In this document: positions 39,876 through 51,373 of the stretch, piece after piece
How the letters are laid out: each line of letters starts with the position of its first letter
Position numbering within the stretch: the stretch's first letter is position 1
NCBI RefSeq assembly: GCF_964355755.1
Contig: NC_092677.1
Coordinates: 3,556,101-3,620,100 of the forward strand
Direction of reading: 5' to 3'
Source of the DNA: Antedon mediterranea
Lineage: Eukaryota > Animalia > Echinodermata
DNA: 64,000 nt
Program-made: the position numbers and the translations under genes
The notes under the pieces: model-generated
The model's input: the letters and a program-made list of their open reading frames with translations, nothing else
Told to the model about the DNA's origin: nothing
The model's database searches: none

Positions 39876-42800
39876 TTAATCGTTCATCCTCTTCCTGCTG
39901 CTTGTTGTCATTGTTACTTTGTTCTTAAAATAGTTAGGATTATGAAACATTGAGCAATATTCTTCTCCAACTGAAACTGAAAACAGAATAGTATTAGCTT
40001 TCAAACATTCGTCTATATTCTCCCATGCGTCTTCAGCTAACTTAGCTAATCGGGGAGACTCTGCCCAGACGAACAGGACCGGTTTATCCCACTTCTTCAT
40101 CACGTTCTTCAATGCATTCTGTAACCCTGCAGAATAAAAATAAAGACTATGGCATTTAAAAAACAATAATCATACAAATGCGCGCCTACGATGTCTAGCA
40201 GACTGCCTCTTAATATCACTTTTGGTCAAAATAAACTTTATATAAAAATGTTATTCAAACAGTGCACGTGTAGCCTACCTTTAAGTTTCTTTTCCAGGAA
40301 TTTTTTGACATCACGTATGTTGAATGGGTCTATGTTTTTTGCTCTTCTTTCCTTTTCCACTAACCGTGTAACCGACACACCCAATGTGATACCATTAATA
40401 CTGCATGTGTAGTCAACTTTGGTGCCTCCTCTCGGGAAATACTGGATTTCCATTTCGATATTCAGAAGTTTTGCACCGAAACAGCAACGTAACAACTCAA
40501 AGCTACAATAAAAAAAAGAGTTCAATACCACCAGGGCTAGTGTTCACACGTCGTATTGAAGCGTGCATTGAAGATAAATGGTTTGGGTTAGGTACGGTAG
40601 GTTAGGATAGATTCCTTGGCAGCTAAAAATGAATGAATCAAAATGAGTGTCATAAAAACCCATCAACCAATTCAAGTTAGTGATCGGGAGGCTGAGTTTT
40701 TCTTGTTTTACCTTGCACGGTGTCCATCTGTTTATTTTGACCCCCAGGGGCGGACGCAGGGGTGTTGCCCCAGTTGCCCGAGAAACACCCTAAATTTCAT
40801 ACTAAATGTTTTTTCCTGCCACTAATTAAAATTAAGATCCCATTTCATCATATTATATATTAACTATTAACGTTATAGAAGTTCAAGATTGGAAAAGACT
40901 ATAGGCCTATGTAAATTGACAGACTGCAGCGCAAAATTAACCAGCAGTCAACAATACCGTGCAAAATTTACCGTCGGTCAGCGTTTTTGTTGTTTGTTGA
41001 CTGCTTGGATTGCTTGTGTCCATGAGAAGGTAAAGGCCACTACACACTGTGTTCGATGTAAATTCCGTCATAATGGGTAGTTGATTTCTCCATAATCATG
41101 GAATTTTCCCCAATTCCCCATCACTAAGTATTTCCGTAGTACCATAATAATTTATCTTCATTTCCCTACGTAATAATTATGGACGTTCCGAACTTTGAAA
41201 AAACAGTGTTTAATTGCTTCTTTCTGCAAATTTCGATCATATTTTCTTTTCTCGAGTGTGGTTGTACAGGTTATAGTGGATAAATGAAAATTAATTTTGG
41301 AAATTGTACTGACTAAGTAAGCATTTATTTCAAAATAAAACAATTTCAACGTTTTGCTCAATATAGCAGCAGCTTCACATTCTTTTCTAAATTGTTTTAG
41401 TTATCAATTGATAATAATTAATTTGTATTAATTGATTTTAATTCATAGAATTTATTACATTACCGGAAGAACCTTCGTCGGGGATCTCCTCTGAACCTTC
41501 GCATTGAACGCAAAAAAAATGTTTTCCTATTATTTATCGCATGTGTTTTACCTGATACGACCTGTTTGACTGTAGCCCGATAGAGTGTCGTTTCTATCTA
41601 TTGTGAATGTTACGTGCGAGAGTACCATTTCCGGCCATCTAGGTGTGTCATTTAACAAAAATTCCCTGGCGCAAATACCGTCAGTATCTACGACCCTCTG
41701 AGCACTCTTGGGCAACCCCCTTAAAATAGTCCTGCGACCGCCCCTGACCCCCAACCTCTATTCAGTTAGAGGACACATGGGAAAATCAGCACTGTGGTCA
41801 TGTTACAAGAGTAGTCAAAACAATATAGATTATCTGATAAAAATCCTAGAAAGTAGGAAACCTTTTGCCATTTTCCCCTGATTGTTTTGTAAAATAAGAA
41901 CTTTAGTACCAATCTGGGCTTCAAAGCAACTGACTGTGGGTCACAATAGGCACATATAGCCTTTGTTATATAATACCATGGAAATATAATTATTGTTCCA
42001 TGGTCAAAACGTTATGAAAGTACCAACCAACCATGGTATGGCTTAGGTGGTTTGGAGTCTCTTGCTGCATAAGGTAGTAGGTCGCAAAATTCACATTTAT
42101 CTTGACCCCCAAATTTAAATTCAACGTTCCGCCGGCCCGGTGAGTTAAAACTGATCCAAATAATCCGAGATGGATCGAGATACCCAGTCCGTGTCGTTAA
42201 AGGCCAATTTACACAGACAAGCGGTAACGGTAAGCGGTAATGGTAAGTGGAAAACCGCGTGGCTTGTCCCATTTACACAGCGCGCGAAATTCGCGAGCGG
42301 AGTGGTGGAAAGTAGGCCTCGAGGCTACTGCATGTTACAATCACTGCTGGCCTGGATGTGACTGACTGTCAGTAGGCCTAGCTCACACAGGCCTAAGTTT
42401 TAGAGTTTGTTAACGTCCTAAATGTATATGTTATGCGCGATTTGAATTGAAACATCTGTTTCAAATTGCGCAAGCAACGTATTAAATTGCGCAAGTAATC
42501 TGCAAATTGCGCAAGGTTTTTCGACAGATGGTGAAATCATGCACGGGTGTTTCGAAACTAGAGACCCGAGACCAGAGACCAGAGACCCGAGACCCTATAC
42601 AAAAAGGGAGACCCCACTATACGAAAAGGGAGACCCCAAATATACGAAAAGGGAGACCCCAAATATACGAAAAGGGAGACCCCAAATATACGAAAAGGGA
42701 GACCCAAATATACGAAAAGGGAGACCCAAATATACGAAAAGGGAGACCCAAATGTTCGATAACTCAAATACGTCAATTTACTGTTTTTTTATACTTTCTG

Positions 42801-45800
42801 GTTATCTGCTCGTGGCGTTATTGTCAGAACGGTTTCTGCCATTTTGGTGTATCGCTTTTCACAAAAACTTACAAACAAAATATTACCATGATGTTGTTTA
42901 CAGTTGCGCAACGTTTCATGAATTTTGCGTATTTTATCAGAATGAGAATTCTGAATTTATGAGAATAGGTTGCGAGCTTACTTATAGTTTGAGCATATGA
43001 GGTTTTTTTATGTATTGAATATTGTTTTTTAATATTATATTCAGTTCTTTTTTTAGAGCGCAATCAAGTTTAAACTATGTTATGTCCGACACTCCAATTC
43101 AGGCCCGTAGCCAGGGTGGATTTTTTATGGTTCGGGTGAAAGTATTTATTCTCTCGTTACTATATCATCATTATATCATTACCATTAAAATTATAATTTT
43201 ACATTTTTTCATTATCCACATAGGCCTAAGTGTACATTGATTCATTGTATTGATTGAAAACATATTTTCACAAATCATATTAAAGAAGAAACTTGATGTA
43301 AAAAAATATTGAGTAATTACAGTAGCCTCCTACACATCATCCTAGTAAAAAAAATCACTCGTGCCGCTTCCTTATATAGTAAGGCAACAAGGTCCTTGTA
43401 TATAATTACTAGCCCAGATACTAGCCAGGGCGGGAGTACGTTGTTGCATTGATGAAAGTTTAGAGAATCGACTGTCGATAGAAATAATGATATATATTTC
43501 AATCTTTTTTGGTGGTTTCCCATCTATTTTTGTAAAATGTAAATATTAATTAATGCAGAAAGAAGTAAAAATAGAATGTAACATTCTCGGCTGTATATTA
43601 AATAATACAGATGTTTATAACATCTGCTTTAACTGTGTAATGTGTCATATTGGATAATGCTTGAAATTGTTTGGGTCGCCTTCATAGGGTCAACTATATT
43701 GTGTTTTGAGAATATACCCTTTCCCACCATGCCAAGCGAGCTGCCTGAATCTTCCTGTTCGGCGGAAAGACAGTTGTGAACGTTCGAAAGGCGACCCTGG
43801 GCCGACCTAAAACACTGACTGTGAACAAAACTTTGGTTTTGAGTTTCTACAGTTAAGGCGGCTCTGGGCCGACGTAATAACTGTATATTTTAGGTTTCTA
43901 TTTTCGTATATTTGGGTCTCCCTTTTCGTATATTTGAGTCTCCCTTTTCCTATATTTTTGGGTCTCCCTTTTCGTATATTTGGGTCTCCCTTTTCGTATT
44001 GGGTCTCCCTTTTCGTATATTTGGGTCTCCCTTTTCGTATATTTGGGGGTCTCCCGGCCCTTTTCGTATATTTGGGGTCTCCCTTTTCGTATATTTGGGG
44101 TCTCCCTTTTCGTATAGTGGGGTCTCCCTTTTCGTATAGTGGGGTCTCCCTTGAGACCGGAGACCCAATACGAAAAGGGACTCCCTTTTCGTATTGGGTC
44201 TCGGGTCTCTGGTCTCTGGTCTCAAGTTTCGAAACACCCATCATGCACACCCATATTTTAAAAGTAATTTCTAAGAATGATTCAAAATTAAAGATAATAT
44301 CGCATTTCCTTATTTTAGTAGTGAAAATATTGTTATTGTTAGAATACCGTCGAAGACCCGACAAAGGACCACAAAGGTGGTGTTCCCGGCGGGCACGGCG
44401 GGCGGCTAATACTACTCTAGTACTCTAGTAGTAAGTATAGCCTACTACCAAAGATTGTATAGCGCCGCTATACAATCTTTGCTACTACTGGCTATGTTTT
44501 GATAGCAAGTCTAAACGTTGGTGGCGGTAGACTATGTTGTGTATTACTACATTATTTTTTGTTATTTTTACATTTATTTTGATTTATTTTAAGTTACAAT
44601 GAGTGATAATATTATTTAATTGTGTATGCCATTTATGTTGTGTATTATACACATGTTATCTTCGCATTTATTATGTTTCATTTTGAGTTATATAGTTTCC
44701 AATAAATTATTGTTGTTAACCGATCGTCGACGTTTAGCACGCATTGCAGAATTCTGCTGCGCAATTTGACAATTTTACAAATTGTGCAGCGCAATTTTAA
44801 ATTGCGCAAGGATTTTCTTGCGCAATTTGATATTGCGCAAGTTGATTGCGCAATTTAATATTGCGCAAGAAAATCCGTGCGCAATTTAAAATTGCGCTAT
44901 AATTTTTTGCGCAATTTCAAATTGCGCAAATCGTTCAAATCGCGCATGACATATATTTTTTTTTCACTATCCTTATACAAACAATCAGCCACGTCGTAGT
45001 TGTCTGTATTTCTGAATATAAGAAGTTCCAAAACTAAACTAGGCCTACTATACGGCATGACTCGACGGACAAAAAATGTTGTTGATACGCTTCAATGATG
45101 CTTTCATTTTGTGTCACGCATGTAGGCCTGCACAATGAATGTAGTTCTGAAAATAACTGTGAGCTTCGATTTCCGCATTCTCACTCCAAAAAATCGAAGC
45201 ATATAATAATAACTGATCGAAACATAACATTATTTCAGACCATAAATTAACTAAAAATGAATGAACCAAAATGAAAAATTATCATTGTAATGAACATTTT
45301 TTTGAACGACAACGAATCCAATAAGTGACCAATGCCGGAGTTTCTCCTCGTTTTACTAATGCATTATTATTTCTTGAAACAATTTGACCAGCGGTTTTTT
45401 TATTAGTAATAATCACAGAACAGTAAACGATAGCTGATAACTACGGGGCGTTGTTCGGGACATTGCTAATTTCTTTCAATACAGCTGAATGAATTCTGTC
45501 CATTCAAAAGAAATTCACGACATAATCAATATGTCTTTTTAAAACAACATAGGCCTAAATGGTTTTTAAAGGAAAAAATTAATATTCTGATTAAATAGAT
45601 GTTTATTATTTGTGTAATTGAATTATGTATGATACAAGTTAATTATGTCTGTACAGAATTGTTATCATTCAAATAGAATTAATATGTGTCACATAATTGT
45701 ATTTTGTTGACAAAATTAGCACAAGCCCAAAATGTCCTAAGCGGCGCCCCGTAGATAACGAGGCTATCCATACGTTTGCAAAACAATAAAGTGTAATGAT

Positions 45801-46101
45801 TTTGTCTCGTCTTACCTCAGGGCTTCTGACTCGTGAGAATTTCCTCCGCCGTTTTTGTCCGCCAATCTATCTCCTGATGTCGACAATTGCTCTCGTTTAT
45901 ATGGTCTTAAGTAATTGAATTCCAAAGTGAGAATACTAACTGCGTCTTCCTCAAGTGCTCGTAAAAACTTAAAATAACAGCACAGCTTAACAATAAAATT
46001 TTGTCCAAGATAGCCATTAATACATCGAGATTGTTTTTTAGTCATGCAGCGGGGGGGCCGCCGCCTGGGCCATAGCGGCCCGCGGCCGAAAGGCCACCAC
46101 T

Positions 46102-46136
<35 letters not shown>

Positions 46137-46159
46137 AACCGTCTGTTTAATTTCGGCAT
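39876..46159 (-). CDS. AAC4-like uncharacterised protein, paralogue D (3 exons, about 272 aa, Lys/Arg-rich N-terminus)
   Basis: Exons 46159-45816, 40502-40279, 40126-39876 with the same phases as A and B, 819 nt open. Core NGGGNSHESEALSFELLRCCFGAKLLNIEMEIQYFPRGGTKVDYTC...LGVSVTR...EKKLKG...WDKPVLFVWA. The N-terminal frame depends on a 29-nt homopolymer. Confidence 0.75.
40745..41746. mobile_element. Non-autonomous hAT-like element
   Basis: TIR CAGGGGCGG(A/T)CGCAGG with an apparent 5-bp TSD ACCCC. Confidence 0.65.
42545..44239. mobile_element. Mutator/Foldback-like element with modular long TIRs
   Basis: GGGTGTTTCGAAACT...AGTTTCGAAACACCC with 9-bp TSD ATCATGCAC (42536-42544 and 44240-44248). 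Inverted arrays of 23-24-bp TATACGAAAAGGGAGACCC(C)AAA units lie inside both ends. Confidence 0.88.
44449..44481. mobile_element. 33-bp palindromic mini-element
   Basis: CAAAGATTGTATAGCG-C-CGCTATACAATCTTTG flanked by the direct repeat CTACTAC. Confidence 0.6.
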
Positions 46160-49100
46160 ACAGAATATACTGAATACCGTCGCTGTGTGTCATGAGCATT
46201 ATATTGCTATGTCAAACAATCGGTAGCCAATCAACTTTCAAAAAGGTTATGACGTACGGTACTGTAACAATTGAAAATATTAATCCAAAACCACCGAACT
46301 ATATCCACAACAATAATAGCATTTGAATGCTTTTGGCATATAATTTGCCCGTTTTTAGCACTCAATTTGTTTTTTAAAAAATCTGTGAAAGTCGCTGATT
46401 TATACCGTACAGGCGCGACTTACAACATTAGGAAGCCACTCCGCTCCTCCCAAAGGCCTCTTTGTCAGACTTCTTTGTAAAGTATTCAAAAGGACAACCA
46501 CCAAGTACCCATGTGTACATGCGCCAAAATACTCACCGGTACATGGCTGTCATTTATTGATTATACTGTAGATATTTCTAATATATCTCTATTAAAAACT
46601 AAGAAATCTTAATTTTAAATAACTCTGTTAATAGGCTGCGATATAATAAGATAAGATAATAAGATAAAAAGATATCTGTATTGACTGAATAAATTACAGC
46701 TTAGTGCGTCATAACGGTACCATTACACAAAATTAAAATTACAATGACATCTATTATAAGTGAGAGAGTTTGTACGTTTGTTTGTTTGTGTTCGTTATAC
46801 AAAAAGACCGCAACTATCTATAAACTATTATTTGAACATTATCTGCCATCTTGGATCCAGGTTAGGGGCCAAAATTCCCCACTTTTCCCACTTTTGATGT
46901 TTGCTTCTGTCTACAGGTAACCACATGAGGGGTATCAATGACCGCAATTGTACCGGGAATATTTTTCAAAAATTCCCGGGGCATTTGGAGGTGGGAGTTA
47001 AGATTGAGGGGATGGTGGAGATTTTTTTGGGCTAGAAGCAATAGCTGACTATCAAATGGTAAAATTATTGTAATTTCTCTGGGAAGGTTTGTGAGTTTGG
47101 GGTAGGGTAAGACCTATCAACATGATCGAAGTTGTACTTTATCTATCTATCTATCTATAAAGTTTTTATATGGCGCCATACTAGCCTTTGGAGATAATGA
47201 AGTACAATATATACGTAAAAACGGTTATGGAAGGCGCCAGTATTATGAAAACATTCATATGTAATCCTGAAATAATTTCATTTGGATCTTAAATCATAAG
47301 AGAATGTTTTGTTGCTGTTGATCCACTTGAGAAAGCAAACTGAAGTGTTTAGTACTTTCGACATATTGGATCAACAAAAAAGAAAATGTCTCTTCCATTC
47401 ATATCTAATGATGAAAGGAATTAGAGAGCAAATGCTTCAATTCAATTGAATCATCAATAATTGCGTTTCACGGTCTGTAGCGTTATGCACCCATTTTATG
47501 ACTATTATTCGATAATTATTCTTGTTAAAATATAAATTTCCTTTGAAATTGTATAATTATAATTCCTCTAAACCCCTAAAGTACCGTAGGTCTAGATATT
47601 CAAATGGATTCACCTATAGAAAGTTCTGGGAAGAGAACACAGCTGAGTTTATATAGGCAGAAGATGAATATAGAATTCCCGGTCACTACTATTATTAGGC
47701 CTACCACCATTACATTTTCAAATAAACGCATTGGCTTTTTGGTACTAAATTAGACCTATACGCGTTACCATGTTTTATAGGCCTATGTGTTAAAAAAATG
47801 TAACACGATTCGCGTTCTGCCTCATCATGTGATCATAGTCAATATTGTGAAAATTGGTTATAAATGCTGTGCTGAGAATAATTCTTGATATTTACATAAT
47901 ACTCAGTTTTCGCTTTGACCTTTTTATATTATTTATTCGTTTATTTAGTTTTCAAAGCGGGAAATGTCATGGTTAGGACGTGGCACAACAGACACAATTA
48001 ACATCAAAAAGCACCCTGTAATCTCGCAGCAGGACATTGGAATCTATGAGAAGATGTTAGGTATTATAAAATAAATATTATTATTAAAAAGTGGTAAAAT
48101 ACAGTAAATTTATCAAATGCTTGGTATTGTAGATCATGGCAGTCAATAAATTAGGCTACTACAAAATAGAAATGTGTTATACAAAATTGTATATATAATG
48201 CATGGGTCGGGGCGTTTATTTGAGTGTGGGTGTCAAAATCCAAATGATGTTCTATGGGAAGTTTATTCAAAGTTTAAAAAAAAAAAATAACGATAATAAT
48301 CAATAATTATCTTATACTAAGAAACACATACTAAAAGTAAAAGGTCTACAGTAAAATGATGAGAGACTGACGTGTGATTCAGAGCCTTATACATTTGCGA
48401 AATTGAATATGAATCAAATATGGAGTTATTATATAACATTTACAGTTAAGTTCAAAATGGATATTAGAAGTGCAACATTTTACCCAAAACAAAACGTTTT
48501 TCAGAGACTCTTTCATCATTTCATTTGTGATCATTTGCATTTATTATTATTATTCATTCTCTTTCAGTATACTAACAAATATATCCACGACACTTATATA
48601 ATATGTTGCCAGAGGTCCCAACTTGGGAAAGTCCATTCGCAGGAGATTTTGTCGTGAACCAAATTCAATTCGTCGGGGCGTCGAAAGTCAACGCGCGGGG
48701 AATCGAAAATCAACACGCGTGTCGTTTACGTCTCTTAATTAACTAAATATGTTACATATACAGTATATACAATATTTACACATAAGTTGGCTTAAATTTT
48801 ACATAGGTTTATCCATCAGTATTTTTACATTCTTATTTTTTTTATGGACACACCCTCAGTACAAAGAATTTAAAAAATATATACTGTATTTTTTAACTAA
48901 TAAAATTCAGTATATAAAATAGTTTAACTTAATTACATAATGTACAATATTTACGCGAGTTAACATATTATTTGAGATGAATAACATTGAGTTTTATATT
49001 GTTTTATCCATACGTAATTACACTGGCATTAAAGATATAACATTAAACTGTAGGCCGTTTATGAGCTTTTTCGCCGATTTCTTATCGCTGGGAAATTCCC

Positions 49101-50873
49101 CACCAGCGACATCGATCGATCGAGGAGTAGGCCTAGGCTAGAGGCCTAGCGTGCATGCCGGAACGGGTGGATTATTGCTATATAAATAACAAGTTTGAAC
49201 AAAAGAGCTTACGACAATCTTAGGTAAATTTTTATTAAATGTAGGCCTACTTGCTTGGCGAATCCATGCCTTTTAAATCATTTAACATGTTTGTATTATC
49301 GGATCGTACAGTAAAACCAAATAAAACACCGCCTCAACAACCTCGTGCGATGTGCGATCTGTTGTTCTTTGCAGCAAAGAATATATATCACAAGAATGAG
49401 TATTCCGCGATTTTTGCATGAGAAACTTGTAACAGAGAGCTCCAGTGAATGATGCCCGCCCTCATAAGGGCGGATGTATACATACTAAATAAGACTTGAT
49501 TTAATAGACATGATACATGTCGCATTAAATAGAATTATGATGATAGTTTTTGCAATTGTAAACTATTTTATAATACATATTTATTAACAAACTAGTGTTT
49601 ATTCATTTTTACAGACAATTATTTACTAACATGCTAAGTTAGTTCACAAAAAAGGCCTAACACAGCAACACCAAAAATCAACGAATATTACTCAGCACGG
49701 CATATTCTTTACCATTGCCGTGTACTACTGTACGCCCGGTAAATTAAGTATTGTTTTTATGATATAAATTAGTATAAAACACATGTTATTAATAGGAGAA
49801 AATGTTAAATGTCATTAACATTTATTTGTTTTACCAGAAACAAGTTAAATATAGGAATATTATTAAACTATCCTTCGTGAAAACGCGTAAACACCAACAC
49901 GCCCGGTCACGCTATCGTAGCGCCCGGTTGATAAAGCAAACTGTTTATACGGCAGTTTTTACTAAATAAATTGCATAAAACGAACAATTAAATATCCAAA
50001 TAGTATTTAACATGATGTTGGCATGTAGTTGATAACATTTTTATCATCGGAAAATACTCCGGTGGTCCAGCCTTTGATTAGTGAAACCTTCACAAAAAGT
50101 TGTATACATCCCAGATACATCCACACTTATGGCGGCGCCCTACCACATGGACAATATTACTGTTACAGGGAAAATCGCGGATTACTCATTCTTGTGATAT
50201 ATATTCTTTGTTTGCAGCGGATCAACATTGGTAGAGTCCATTAATTATGAGGGTGTTTAAAAATGTAATAACTATTAAAAACGTGTCTCAACCACTGTGT
50301 AATTAAAGCGTTTATTTAGGGCCCGTTCGGACGGGACTGAAACTACCGTGTACTTCCAACTGTGAGGTCGCGTGTGGCAATTAACTTACGCCTCTGGCTA
50401 TAAAAAATTAGAAAACCATCTGGACGAAAAATCCACCAACTTTACTGGTTATTTCAATCCCATTCCAATTACACGCTGCCTCGGGGTATAATTAATCAAG
50501 CGTTAACGGGGTCATGTCAAATCGCGACCTCAAATAAGCTTTCTGATTGTTTAACAATTATTGTTTAAAATGTTCTTTTTCGTTAATGCGAATGTATATC
50601 TATTGTTTTGTAAAATTATATATAAATAATCAACTCGTTGGTTTTTTTCCGGTGACCTGAACTTGCGAATCGGTGGCTTATAATGTACATGTAACGGCAG
50701 GGAGTTCTGTATTGTGGTAGCCTGGTGTCTGTGAATTACCACATCAACCGTTCGGCTCGCACGATAAGAGGGGTACAGTGCGTGTTAAATGGAATTTTTA
50801 CAACAATAGTTCGGCTCGCACGATGAATACACGTGGTAATTTTTACAAGAGGGGTACAGTGCGTGTACATTAA

Positions 50874-51373
50874 ATCAAAGAACTTATAACACAAGAATCT
50901 CCTGTTCTTCAATTTGCATTCAAAACACAGTATCGGAAGTACAGGGTTAAACGGTCAAACTGGGCGACGCCATTTCACAGCATGGAGCAGCGCCCCCTCC
51001 AAACTAGGAAGTCAATTACTCTATCCCCCCTAGAGTAATAGCAGATCCCCTCTATGATTTTGACTTTCTAATTTGATGCGGGCGCCCTACTCCTCAGTCA
51101 ATTACTCTATACCCCCTAGAGCATCAGCAGAACCCCTCTATGATTTTGACTTTCTAATTTGATGCGGGCGCCCTACTCCTCAGTCAATTACTCTATACCC
51201 CCTAGAGCATTAGCAGAACCCCTCTATGATTTTGACTTTCTAATTTGATGCGGGCGCCCTACTCCATGGCTCACAATGGCGCCACCCATAGCTCTATTCT
51301 ATCCCACAATGCCTTTCGAAATTGTTACGCGCTTCGGACGAACAGGAGATTCTTGTGTTATAAGTTCTTTGAT
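50874..51373. mobile_element. 500-bp TIR element with TAA TSD (Harbinger-like) carrying three 86-bp repeats
   Basis: 34-bp perfect TIR ATCAAAGAACTTATAACACAAGAATCTCCTGTTC. It interrupts an about 83-bp tandem repeat (50750-51510) at TAA; the empty site is visible at about 51455-51465. Confidence 0.8.

Larger units (their letters stand above)
42425..44955. mobile_element. TIR element with subterminal TTGCGCAA repeats, host of two nested elements
   Basis: TATATGTTATGCGCGATTTGAA...TTCAAATCGCGCATGACATATA, with many TTGCGCAA palindromes near both ends. Confidence 0.65.

Noticed and set aside
41548-41754. ORF ending in an AG|GTAA donor, a candidate extra exon of paralogue D
   Set aside because: It crosses the TIR of the 40745-41746 element, has no similarity to the family, and D exon 1 joins exon 2 in frame without it.
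42507-44428. Several ORFs with YEKGDP/KRETP repeats
   Set aside because: These are translations of the subterminal tandem arrays of a Mutator/Foldback-like element.
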